A stretch of DNA of 64,000 nt, taken from the IMG/VR virus record IMGVR_UViG_3300032257_000002, positions 1 to 64,000 of that record. One strand, written 5' to 3'. A model generated the notes under the pieces. That model did no database searches. It was given only the letters and a program-made list of their open reading frames with translations, and was not told where the DNA came from. This document shows, in pieces, positions 23,206 through 30,541 of this stretch. Each line of letters opens with the position of its first letter. Position 1 is the stretch's first letter. Origin of the DNA: a virus. Lineage: Duplodnaviria; Heunggongvirae; Uroviricota; Caudoviricetes. The position numbers and the translations under genes were made by a program.

Positions 23206-25200
23206 CTATGCACTAAGGAAATAGTGTGATTCTTCAATCATATCTTTAGTTGCAGTACCGTAGAATAGAGTAGGCTTTGGAGGCTTGTTGCCTTCATAGT
23301 TCTCTATAATGTGGTCGATAGCCTGCTCATAGAGACATGCATCAAATTCCACTAATAGTGAATCTTTGTAAGCTTTTCTTACAATGTGCATATCATTTGC
23401 ATGTACCAGGAAGTTATCATGCTTGAACATGCCTCCTGTGTTGTTGTTAACTAGAGCTCTGCCAACCATTCTCAATGATGTACCATCAATAGAGTGTGTA
23501 ATGTTAGCATATAGACCTCGTAGTTTGTTGGTCTTGCCTTGAGCCTTGTCGTCTCCCACTCTGCCGTATGTTGGATTACCTTTGGCATCCTTAAACATTG
23601 GCATTTCTTTGTGGATCTTAGTCTGAGTGTATGACTTCAGTGTACTGTTAGATAGAGCATACAGATCTAGAGGCACTGACTCTGTGTAAGCAATAGACTG
23701 AGCTCTGAAGCCATCTGTCGTATTCCATAGTAGAGATGTATTCTCGTTAGAAGCTACTGCTACTCCCCAATCTGCGATAGCTGAGATGTTCAGTACTTCA
23801 TTACCATATGCCTCTACCATCATAGCCTTAGCTGCTGATGTGCTGATATCAAGGACACTAGCTACTGTACGAATACTAGATCCGTGTAGTAGTGGCTGAT
23901 GGATATCTTTTGCCATCTGACGAGTCTCTAGACCTAGAGATTCCTGTAGCTTGCCGTGTGAATCCAGCTGATCTGGGTGTCCTCCGACATTAGCTCCAAT
24001 CATCATCTTAGGAGATCTGAAACCGATACCACCATGCTGTAGTCCACCATTAGTTGCATCCTCTGATAGAAGGAAGCGTGATGGTTCTTCATTATAGTAG
24101 TCGTCGATAGCTTGTGCTAGTCTACTGTTGTATAGGTCTTTGCCCATATCTCCAGTAGGTTTACGTAACTCTGCTAGGTAGTGCTCTACATTAGCGTCGA
24201 AACGTTCTTCGGCATCACTATGGTGTGTTCTACCATCAATGATAACTACCGCTGAGTATTTCAGTGCATCTGCTCCGCGATCATCTATAATTCTAGCTTC
24301 CGCTAGTTCATACAGACTAGTTTCAAAGGTCTTACCATGAGGATTGAACCCCATTTCTGTAAGATCGTAGTATGATCTAGTTCTATAGTCTAACCACATA
24401 GATAGGTAGAAGCAGTCTTCTTGTTGTAGAAGGCTAAACTTCTCTACCTGCTTACTGACGATATCGTTTAACACTAGTTTATCTATACGCACTTCACCAG
24501 TGCCTTCGATAGCGTTACGATACCATTCAGTCTGCTCTAGGTATACTCGTACTTGATCAGGATCGATATTGATCAGCTTTAGACCGATCTGTGAAGCAGA
24601 ACGAAGGTAGTCTTTCTCAGACTTGTTAAGCTTGAGAGCCTTACCTCCATTACGTACTTTCAAACGTTTCTGCATTACAGTACCTGGTCTTAGGTGAACT
24701 CCCGGAATATATAGAGATGCTTTCTCTTTGTATACTCCGAAAGAGATGAACGTAGTAGTCTTCCAGACAATACGTCCTGTCTCTTCGTTGCGTTCTTGTG
24801 TAGTCTTAGCTGTATGCTGGATGTGACCTAAGTCCATCAATGTTTGGATTATCTGGAATGCTACCATAGACCTCACTATTTCATAGTGGAAGTTGATTAC
24901 TGGTAGTGTCCCTATTTCCAAACGTATTGCAAGCTTACCTACGATTACCTGTAGGTATTCTTCATCTGCATATAGTTCGTTAAGTATCTGTACTACTTTG
25001 CCTGAGTCCATTCTGTGAATGATCCAACCAATTGCGTATGCTAGGTTATCTGTGTAACCACCTCGTAGTAGTTGACGACGTCCCTCGAATTCACGTACAT
25101 GAGATCGTACCTTTTCTACCATGTCGATGGTTGCCCATGACTGGATTAGGTCTGACTTAGCTGGCTTTGTGAATACTGGGTTTGTGTTGTTACTTAACAT
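23206..25200 (-). CDS. single-subunit T7-like DNA-dependent RNA polymerase (664 aa; single-chain equivalent of the N4 RNAPII two-subunit enzyme)
   Basis: LDYRTRSYY (T7 DWRGRVY-like), NPHG, and motif A-like SEDATNGGLQHGG. Motif B-like R..K....YG in RTVASVLDISTSAAKAMMVEAYG. Motif C FKHDNFLVHAND (T7 IHDSFGT). Confidence 0.75.
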   Translation of the reverse strand: MLSNNTNPVFTKPAKSDLIQSWATIDMVEKVRSHVREFEGRRQLLRGGYTDNLAYAIGWIIHRMDSGKVVQILNELYADEEYLQVIVGKLAIRLEIGTLPVINFHYEIVRSMVAFQIIQTLMDLGHIQHTAKTTQERNEETGRIVWKTTTFISFGVYKEKASLYIPGVHLRPGTVMQKRLKVRNGGKALKLNKSEKDYLRSASQIGLKLINIDPDQVRVYLEQTEWYRNAIEGTGEVRIDKLVLNDIVSKQVEKFSLLQQEDCFYLSMWLDYRTRSYYDLTEMGFNPHGKTFETSLYELAEARIIDDRGADALKYSAVVIIDGRTHHSDAEERFDANVEHYLAELRKPTGDMGKDLYNSRLAQAIDDYYNEEPSRFLLSEDATNGGLQHGGIGFRSPKMMIGANVGGHPDQLDSHGKLQESLGLETRQMAKDIHQPLLHGSSIRTVASVLDISTSAAKAMMVEAYGNEVLNISAIADWGVAVASNENTSLLWNTTDGFRAQSIAYTESVPLDLYALSNSTLKSYTQTKIHKEMPMFKDAKGNPTYGRVGDDKAQGKTNKLRGLYANITHSIDGTSLRMVGRALVNNNTGGMFKHDNFLVHANDMHIVRKAYKDSLLVEFDACLYEQAIDHIIENYEGNKPPKPTLFYGTATKDMIEESHYFLSA

Positions 25201-25420
25201 GATTTACTCCTGTGGATTATTAATCATCTTGCCTGTTATACAGCTGGTCTGTGTTAGTGACTGACTCCTTGCTCGTAGTTTATAGACGTTACGGTCTACC
25301 CTTTCAGGCTTACTCGACTATGTAGTATGCGTAATGCTTGTCGTAGCACTACGTTTAGTATAAGCATTCATAGATGCTCCTTTGTAGGAATTTGGTACCT
25401 AAGTGAATAGGACACCATCA

Positions 25421-25438
25421 TCCCACCCGAAGGTGAGA
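25421..25438 (-). promoter_or_regulatory. conserved hairpin (RNA: UCUCACC-UUCG-GGUGGGA), copy 2
   Basis: Seen in sequence; 10 nt after the stop of 25448..25798. Confidence 0.5.
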
Positions 25439-25447
25439 CTGTGGTAT

Positions 25448-25798
25448 CTATTTACCAGCTTTTGCTTTCGCTGCTTCTAATCTAGCCTGTATGTCGGCTA
25501 GACGTTGAGCTTGGTTGGCACGGAATTCTTTACCTAGACCTAACTCTTCAAAGTTATCTGCAACAATACGATGAGCATTACGATCGGCAAACTTCTGGAG
25601 TCTGTCTGTTTCGATGTCAGCGATGTCGTTGTGTGTCTTGGCTATCTGTGCTTCTGTCTTGACCATGGTTGCAGTCTCTTTAACTGTACCTCCTATAATA
25701 CTGATAGCTGTTTTAGTAGCTGTGACTGTATTACGACGATCAGTGTAGAAGAACCAAGCGAATATAGCGATTGCAATAATGATGATAATGGTAAACAT
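25448..25798 (-). CDS. membrane-anchored coiled-coil protein (116 aa from internal ATG 25798)
   Basis: AAGGAAAC RBS before MFTIIIIIAIAIFAWFFY TM helix. The upstream ATG 25843 lacks an RBS. Confidence 0.5.
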   Translation of the reverse strand: MFTIIIIIAIAIFAWFFYTDRRNTVTATKTAISIIGGTVKETATMVKTEAQIAKTHNDIADIETDRLQKFADRNAHRIVADNFEELGLGKEFRANQAQRLADIQARLEAAKAKAGK

Positions 25799-25915
25799 GA
25801 TGTTTCCTTTTGAAGTACAATGACTTCGATACGGCTTACCCATCTAGTGGTGCGTGTGCTATCTGTCTTAACGTCCTATGTTCAAGCATTCGTGGACGAG
25901 AGCTAGGCTCTATAA

Positions 25916-25933
25916 CTCCCACCGAAGTGAGAG
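25916..25933 (-). promoter_or_regulatory. conserved hairpin (RNA: CUCUCAC-UUCG-GUGGGAG), copy 1
   Basis: Seen in sequence; 8 nt after the stop of 25942..26088. Confidence 0.5.
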
Positions 25934-25941
25934 CTAAGAAA

Positions 25942-26088
25942 CTATTTCTGCTTCATGATTTGGCGAGCGTTCTCTCGTAGTATGTTGAGGACTAGCTTGT
26001 CTGTATCTGTCTGCTTGTCGTTAGACTTTAACATCTTGATACGGATAGATATCTCAGCTAGTTCTTTTTTCTGTGTGTGTAGTAACAT
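25942..26088 (-). CDS. hypothetical small basic protein (48 aa from ATG with AAGGAG RBS)
   Basis: First gene of the leftward block; the hairpin lies 8 nt after its stop. Confidence 0.4.
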   Translation of the reverse strand: MLLHTQKKELAEISIRIKMLKSNDKQTDTDKLVLNILRENARQIMKQK

Positions 26089-26170
26089 GGTATACTCCTT
26101 GAGCCTTTTAGTGTGGATGCTGAGCACATAGTGGTGGTAGTCCCTGGCAGCTGAATAAAAAGATAGTTAG

Positions 26171-26240
26171 AATCAACTCCCGGGGGGGTAGTCGACCAAC
26201 AAGCCCACGACCCCACACCCCTACCCCAATACAAAATCTG
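26171..26240. other. GC/C-rich tract (CTCCCGGGGGGGTAGTCGACCAACAAGCCCACGACCCCACACCCCTACCCCAA) in an otherwise AT-rich genome; candidate genome-terminus / packaging region
   Basis: Seen in sequence; contains CCCGGG and GTCGAC; sits between the divergent blocks. Confidence 0.3.
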
Positions 26241-26259
26241 ATAAAATCCTACATGGGAG

Positions 26260-26500
26260 TTAAGTACCTTGTACGGTACCTATCTACATAGAAAGGTACT
26301 TTCAGTAGGAACCTTACGAAAATCCCTACAGTACTTAAGCACCTATATATTATTAATAAGAGAAAAAGAAGTAAACCCCTACTTTCTGGGGTATACCGCG
26401 AATCAATAAGTACCGACTGTAGGTACCTTTCTGTATAGAGATAAGTACCCACTGTAGGTACCTAACTACCTTAGATAAGTACCGTGTAAGGTACCTTTCA
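26260..26500. repeat. array of five GTACC dyad units (ATAAGTACC-N6/7-GGTACCT), about 34-bp period for units 3-5
   Basis: Units at 26262-26281, 26294-26316 (degenerate), 26408-26428, 26443-26463, 26477-26496. Inverted partial copy GTACTTAAG at 26330. Confidence 0.6.
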
Positions 26501-26688
26501 GGTAAATGGCGGTATACTTGTATAAATAGTTGAAAGGAGAAAGGTACTTGTTTACTAACCAGATAACTATCCCTGCTCCTGCCGAAAATGAAGAAGTGAC
26601 GATTACAAAGAAAAAGAAACCTAGGGAACATCTTCCTGGGTATACGCTTTGGGGTAATGGGAACACAACAAAACTTGGAGGTACTAGT

Positions 26689-27018
26689 ATGAGTGTAATC
26701 GATATGTTTATGAAACTAGGTAAGGCAGAGATGGAATTAATGAAGTTTCTTGAGAACGAGATGCGCATCAATAGGAATAATGGCGAAAAGTTAACTACTG
26801 TAGTGGAACCTTCTAAGTCAGATGAGTATACTAATTATATAAAGACTGCTATTAAGAAACATTACTCACATATGGAGTGTCTAGGTATCCTACAAAGGGT
26901 AAAACGCGGTAAGTATATGCTGAACCCTAGGTTATTCATCCCTACTAAGAATGTAGAAGAGCATATGAGAGCTTGGGATGAGCTGGAGTCAGTTGATTGT
27001 CAAGAAGAGGAGGTATAA
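26689..27018 (+). CDS. hypothetical protein (109 aa), first gene of the rightward block
   Basis: GGAGG 7 nt upstream of ATG 26689. The track's longer ORF uses a TTG inside the repeat hub. Confidence 0.5.
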   Translation: MSVIDMFMKLGKAEMELMKFLENEMRINRNNGEKLTTVVEPSKSDEYTNYIKTAIKKHYSHMECLGILQRVKRGKYMLNPRLFIPTKNVEEHMRAWDELESVDCQEEEV

Positions 27019-27212
27019 GTATGATACAGGATATAGGAGCTGCCGAAGTACGGGATATATCTACGTTCCTGGACATATTCTCTGATCTCACAGTAGAAGA
27101 ACAGTTAAAACTTGCTATGATATATACTGATGTAACGAGAGAAGTATTAATTAATTGGGTAATTAAACAGCACCCTGATGTAAAAGAAAAGTATCCGGAG
27201 TACTTCATATGA
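26997..27212 (+). CDS. small protein, PE-tail family (ends ...EKYPEYFI)
   Basis: ORF track; ATGA overlap with the next gene. Confidence 0.55.
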   Translation: MSRRGGISMIQDIGAAEVRDISTFLDIFSDLTVEEQLKLAMIYTDVTREVLINWVIKQHPDVKEKYPEYFI

Positions 27213-27607
27213 GAAGAGAAAAAGGTGGAGCCCTAGTTTATGTGTGGGGTAGTGGTGAGTGGGAATCGTTTAACAAGGGTGATAGTATACGAGGCTTGCG
27301 TAAAGGTGTTAAACGGCCGACTAAGCTGTTCGTAAGTGATAATGTAAAGGAAGACTTAAATCTACTAGTTTTTACTAGCGCCTTAGATTGGCAAACCTCT
27401 GCCGAAAATAGGATCAGTGATCTGTACAAGCCTTCTGGTAAGTATATACTACGGTATGATGTTCCGATCCAACTAGAAGAGCATCTGCTGTCTAATGAGC
27501 TGTACTATGAGCTAGGTAACGATATGATACTGTTTAGTGAGCACCTAGATGGTCCGGCAATAGATGAAGAGCTGATCATGACAAAATATCCGGAGTACTT
27601 TATATGA
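27209..27607 (+). CDS. small protein, PE-tail family (ends ...TKYPEYFI)
   Basis: ORF track; ATGA overlap on both sides. Confidence 0.55.
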   Translation: MRREKGGALVYVWGSGEWESFNKGDSIRGLRKGVKRPTKLFVSDNVKEDLNLLVFTSALDWQTSAENRISDLYKPSGKYILRYDVPIQLEEHLLSNELYYELGNDMILFSEHLDGPAIDEELIMTKYPEYFI

Positions 27608-27924
27608 TAACACTAGGTAAAGCTAAAGAACTTTGTAAACAACAGGTTAAAGTATTCGCTCTAGATAAGATAGAGAGACGAGGGATAGTAGTGTTAGAAA
27701 CTTCAGTCCTATCCGTTACATATACATATAAACCGGCAGATGAATTCTTCAAAGAGACTGATCATGTACGACTAGAGCTAGTGGAGACTAGTGATTACCT
27801 AGATGTGTTTGAAACAGAGGAAGAAGCGGTGGCATGGCTATTACATAATAAAGGTAGGATAGGCGTAGCTGGACAACAGCAGTTGAAGCTATATAGGTAT
27901 AAGTATCCGGAGATATTTGTATGA
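27604..27924 (+). CDS. small protein, PE-tail family (ends ...YKYPEIFV)
   Basis: ORF track; ATGA overlaps. Confidence 0.55.
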   Translation: MITLGKAKELCKQQVKVFALDKIERRGIVVLETSVLSVTYTYKPADEFFKETDHVRLELVETSDYLDVFETEEEAVAWLLHNKGRIGVAGQQQLKLYRYKYPEIFV

Positions 27925-28145
27925 CAGTACTCCATTTTCTACATCCGGAAGAAGGATTGAAGATAGTCTATGATGTACAGAGGTTGCAGGTACCTGCTAA
28001 CTTCAAGTCACTAGAGTATAAAGGAATGTGTGAAGTGTTATATAAACATCCCGCAGGAGGTGGAATAGATCACTGTAGAATAAACGACCCTATTATACTA
28101 CCCGAAGACGAGATGCGTAGTAAGTACCCAGAACTATATATATAA
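27921..28145 (+). CDS. small protein, PE-tail family (ends ...SKYPELYI)
   Basis: ORF track; stop followed by AAGGAAG RBS. Confidence 0.55.
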   Translation: MTVLHFLHPEEGLKIVYDVQRLQVPANFKSLEYKGMCEVLYKHPAGGGIDHCRINDPIILPEDEMRSKYPELYI

Positions 28146-28153
28146 GGAAGACT

Positions 28154-28360
28154 ATGGTAAGTAGAGAACTAGTTAGAGAATTAGACGATATGTTGGAAAT
28201 ACTTAAGAGTAATGTACTGGATGGCAGCTATCACCAAGGGTTGTATAATGGTGTGGAACTAGCTAGATCGATAATAACGGATGAAGAGGCTGTGTTTATT
28301 GAAAAAGATGGGTCTTTAGATACTAACGGCGTAACACGAAATCCGGAAAGATTTATCTAA
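28154..28360 (+). CDS. small acidic protein, PE-tail family (ends ...RNPERFI)
   Basis: ORF track; TAATG overlap with the next gene. Confidence 0.5.
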   Translation: MVSRELVRELDDMLEILKSNVLDGSYHQGLYNGVELARSIITDEEAVFIEKDGSLDTNGVTRNPERFI

Positions 28361-29373
28361 TGTTTAAAGTCAGCCATGAAAAAGTTGTAAAAGACAGACT
28401 ATACCTTATTGAGTTTAAAGATTCCACAGGCTACTACGTAAAATGTGGGAAAAGCAGCGGTGTAAGTTCTAATAAACGATTTCTATCAATAATGGAAAGT
28501 TATGTAATAGCGCATAAGGGCAACTGCGCCTATGCAAAAATCTTACGAGATGTAGAAGTTACCGAGGTATTTAAACGAGAGACCGAATTCCATCATAGAT
28601 TTGCTGGCCAGCGGCATTACCCATTCCATAGCTTTTCAGGATCGACTGAGCTGTTCACACTAACACAGGAAGAAGCGCTATTAGCTTTTGATGAAATAGT
28701 AGGTAAGCAGTACGACCGTAGTCTGTTAAAAACATGTTATAGGTGTAAGGAAACAAAGTCTACTATCATGTTCCATACCAATAAAGCAAAATCAGATGGA
28801 CTGAATCACGAATGTAAAACCTGCGTAGCTGATAAAATGAGAAGCTTTAAAGCACTACCTTATAGAATATACTGTAATCAAGTAGAACATTCAAAGATGC
28901 GTGGACATCCTACACCTCAATACACTTTTGAGGACTTTAAGAAGTGGATCATCGAACAAGACTCGTATAAAATAATGTATGAGCAATATAAAAGTAGTGG
29001 CTATGATAAAAATCTGGTGCCATCGGTCGATAGGTTGAATTCTGATAAACCTTACAGTTTCGATAATATCGAACTAGTTACTTTTGCTGAGAACATGAGG
29101 CGTCATGGTCTAGATAGGCAGAAGAGCACCGGAAACCCGGTTTACTGTATTGATAAGAATACTGGTCAAGTAATAAGTGAATTTATAAGCCAGAATGCTG
29201 CTGCTACTGCACTAGGTATAAACAGTAAAGGTATGTGTAAAAAGGTTGATACAGTTGTAACATACGGTTGGTTAGCTACTTGCGGTAACTACCAATTTGT
29301 GAGTGTTAAAAAAGCAAATAAGTTTATACGAAACGGCTGGCTTATAGACAAATTTAAGTACGCACCAAAGTAG
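28360..29373 (+). CDS. putative homing endonuclease (GIY-YIG/T5orf172-like N-terminus, HNH_3/AP2-like C-terminal module)
   Basis: RLYLIEFKDSTGYYVKCGKSS at the N-terminus. VDRLNSDKPYSFDNIELVTFAENMRRHG resembles the HNH_3 core. Also NUMOD-like NPVYCIDKNTGQVISEF. Confidence 0.5.
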   Translation: MFKVSHEKVVKDRLYLIEFKDSTGYYVKCGKSSGVSSNKRFLSIMESYVIAHKGNCAYAKILRDVEVTEVFKRETEFHHRFAGQRHYPFHSFSGSTELFTLTQEEALLAFDEIVGKQYDRSLLKTCYRCKETKSTIMFHTNKAKSDGLNHECKTCVADKMRSFKALPYRIYCNQVEHSKMRGHPTPQYTFEDFKKWIIEQDSYKIMYEQYKSSGYDKNLVPSVDRLNSDKPYSFDNIELVTFAENMRRHGLDRQKSTGNPVYCIDKNTGQVISEFISQNAAATALGINSKGMCKKVDTVVTYGWLATCGNYQFVSVKKANKFIRNGWLIDKFKYAPK

Positions 29374-29382
29374 GAGAAGCGT

Positions 29383-29595
29383 ATGAACCTGCAGGTACAG
29401 ACACAGATAACACTAGTTGATCCAGAAGATCAGATGATAGATACGGAATTGCGGATAGCTGAGCTGGAATACTACTACTGTCTGCCGAGATGGGCGTATC
29501 TTGCTGAGGAGTGGTCCTACTATATGTCAAGACTAGTTATGTATAGGAAGAGATTAAGGAAATTACAAGATGAGCTAGGTTATAATACAGAATGA
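29383..29595 (+). CDS. hypothetical protein (70 aa)
   Basis: ORF track; followed by a compound hairpin. Confidence 0.45.
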   Translation: MNLQVQTQITLVDPEDQMIDTELRIAELEYYYCLPRWAYLAEEWSYYMSRLVMYRKRLRKLQDELGYNTE

Positions 29596-29650
29596 CGTAG
29601 CTGATTAGACCGTTAAGTTGTCACCAAGAACGGCTACGTCACTTCTTTAA
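29593..29650 (+). terminator. compound stem-loop (TGACGTAGC...GCTACGTCA with inner CCGTT/AACGG) followed by CTTCTTT; candidate terminator separating the small-gene block from structural genes
   Basis: Seen in sequence; starts at the stop codon of 29383..29595. Confidence 0.4.
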
Positions 29651-29735
29651 GAATCCCCTAAGATATAATTTGTTATACTACAGAAAACTTAAAAGCCGAT
29701 TAAGTATCAGCTTACCTTAAAGTACAGAGGCATGT

Positions 29736-30449
29736 ATGAAAATAACAAAAGAAGAACTACAGAAACGTCTACCGTCCCGTAAGAGTACGATAACAGACGA
29801 AATCGTAGAAATATTCAATAGAGCGCAAGATGAGCCAGAGTTTCAAGGTGAGACATTACTGCAAACAGCTACAACATATGAAAAAGTAATGCAGCAGAAT
29901 AGAGTAGGGATAAAAGACTACCTCAATGCTTTGCGATTCTGTGCTTATCTAATATCACTGAATGATAACGTAACAGAAGCATATAAGAAGGTATTTGCGG
30001 ATAGAGACTTCGTAAAGAATAGACTAGACGTGTCTACATCAAGTACTGAGTATACCGAACTAACTAGTGCGGCTTCTAGGTATAGGAGAAGTAAGATAGT
30101 GGTGGATATATTGACTGTTAGTCAGGTACCGCTGCATCTGATGTTTACTGGATGGCAATATGAAGCTGTCGGTGTGTTGCATGAGACAATGCATACCGCT
30201 AGATTGGACAGGGATAAGATTGCGGCTGCGAAAGAACTACTGGCTGCAGTAAAAGGTCCAGAGAACATGAAGATAGAACTAGATGTAGGTGTAAGAGAAA
30301 GTAGTGCGGTCCAACAGCTTAATGAACAGCTAGCACAGTTTGCTAAATCTAGTCTGACGCATCTAGAAGCAGGTAGTACTGACCTAGGTAAGCTGGGTAG
30401 TATGAAGACTAACGATGAGGCTATTGACGTGGAGGTGGATGATGTGTGA
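29736..30449 (+). CDS. hypothetical protein, candidate terminase small subunit (by position only)
   Basis: First gene after the terminator-like hairpin and immediately upstream of TerL; no recognisable motif. Confidence 0.35.
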   Translation: MKITKEELQKRLPSRKSTITDEIVEIFNRAQDEPEFQGETLLQTATTYEKVMQQNRVGIKDYLNALRFCAYLISLNDNVTEAYKKVFADRDFVKNRLDVSTSSTEYTELTSAASRYRRSKIVVDILTVSQVPLHLMFTGWQYEAVGVLHETMHTARLDRDKIAAAKELLAAVKGPENMKIELDVGVRESSAVQQLNEQLAQFAKSSLTHLEAGSTDLGKLGSMKTNDEAIDVEVDDV

Positions 30450-30541
30450 TACATGTGAGGTATGTGGACAACCTAGCGCGATATTAGTGGAGATTGAAGG
30501 TGAGGTAGTAATGATCTGCGAAGATGGATGTGAGGTGAGAT

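Noticed and set aside
26260-26500. Possible CRISPR array (regular repeats)
   Set aside because: Units are imperfect partial palindromes of about 20 bp with about 14-bp gaps, only five copies. No uniform unique spacers and no cas genes. It is better explained as a protein-binding dyad array.
26517-26526. TATAAATA (T4 late-promoter-like) and similar boxes elsewhere
   Set aside because: Expected by chance in a sequence of about 38% GC. No T4-type gp55 system evident.
26249-26771. Three overlapping minus-strand ORFs and a TTG-initiated 5' extension of the first plus-strand gene
   Set aside because: They run through the repeat/dyad hub. No RBS; low-complexity translations. The plus gene has a proper GGAGG-ATG start at 26689.
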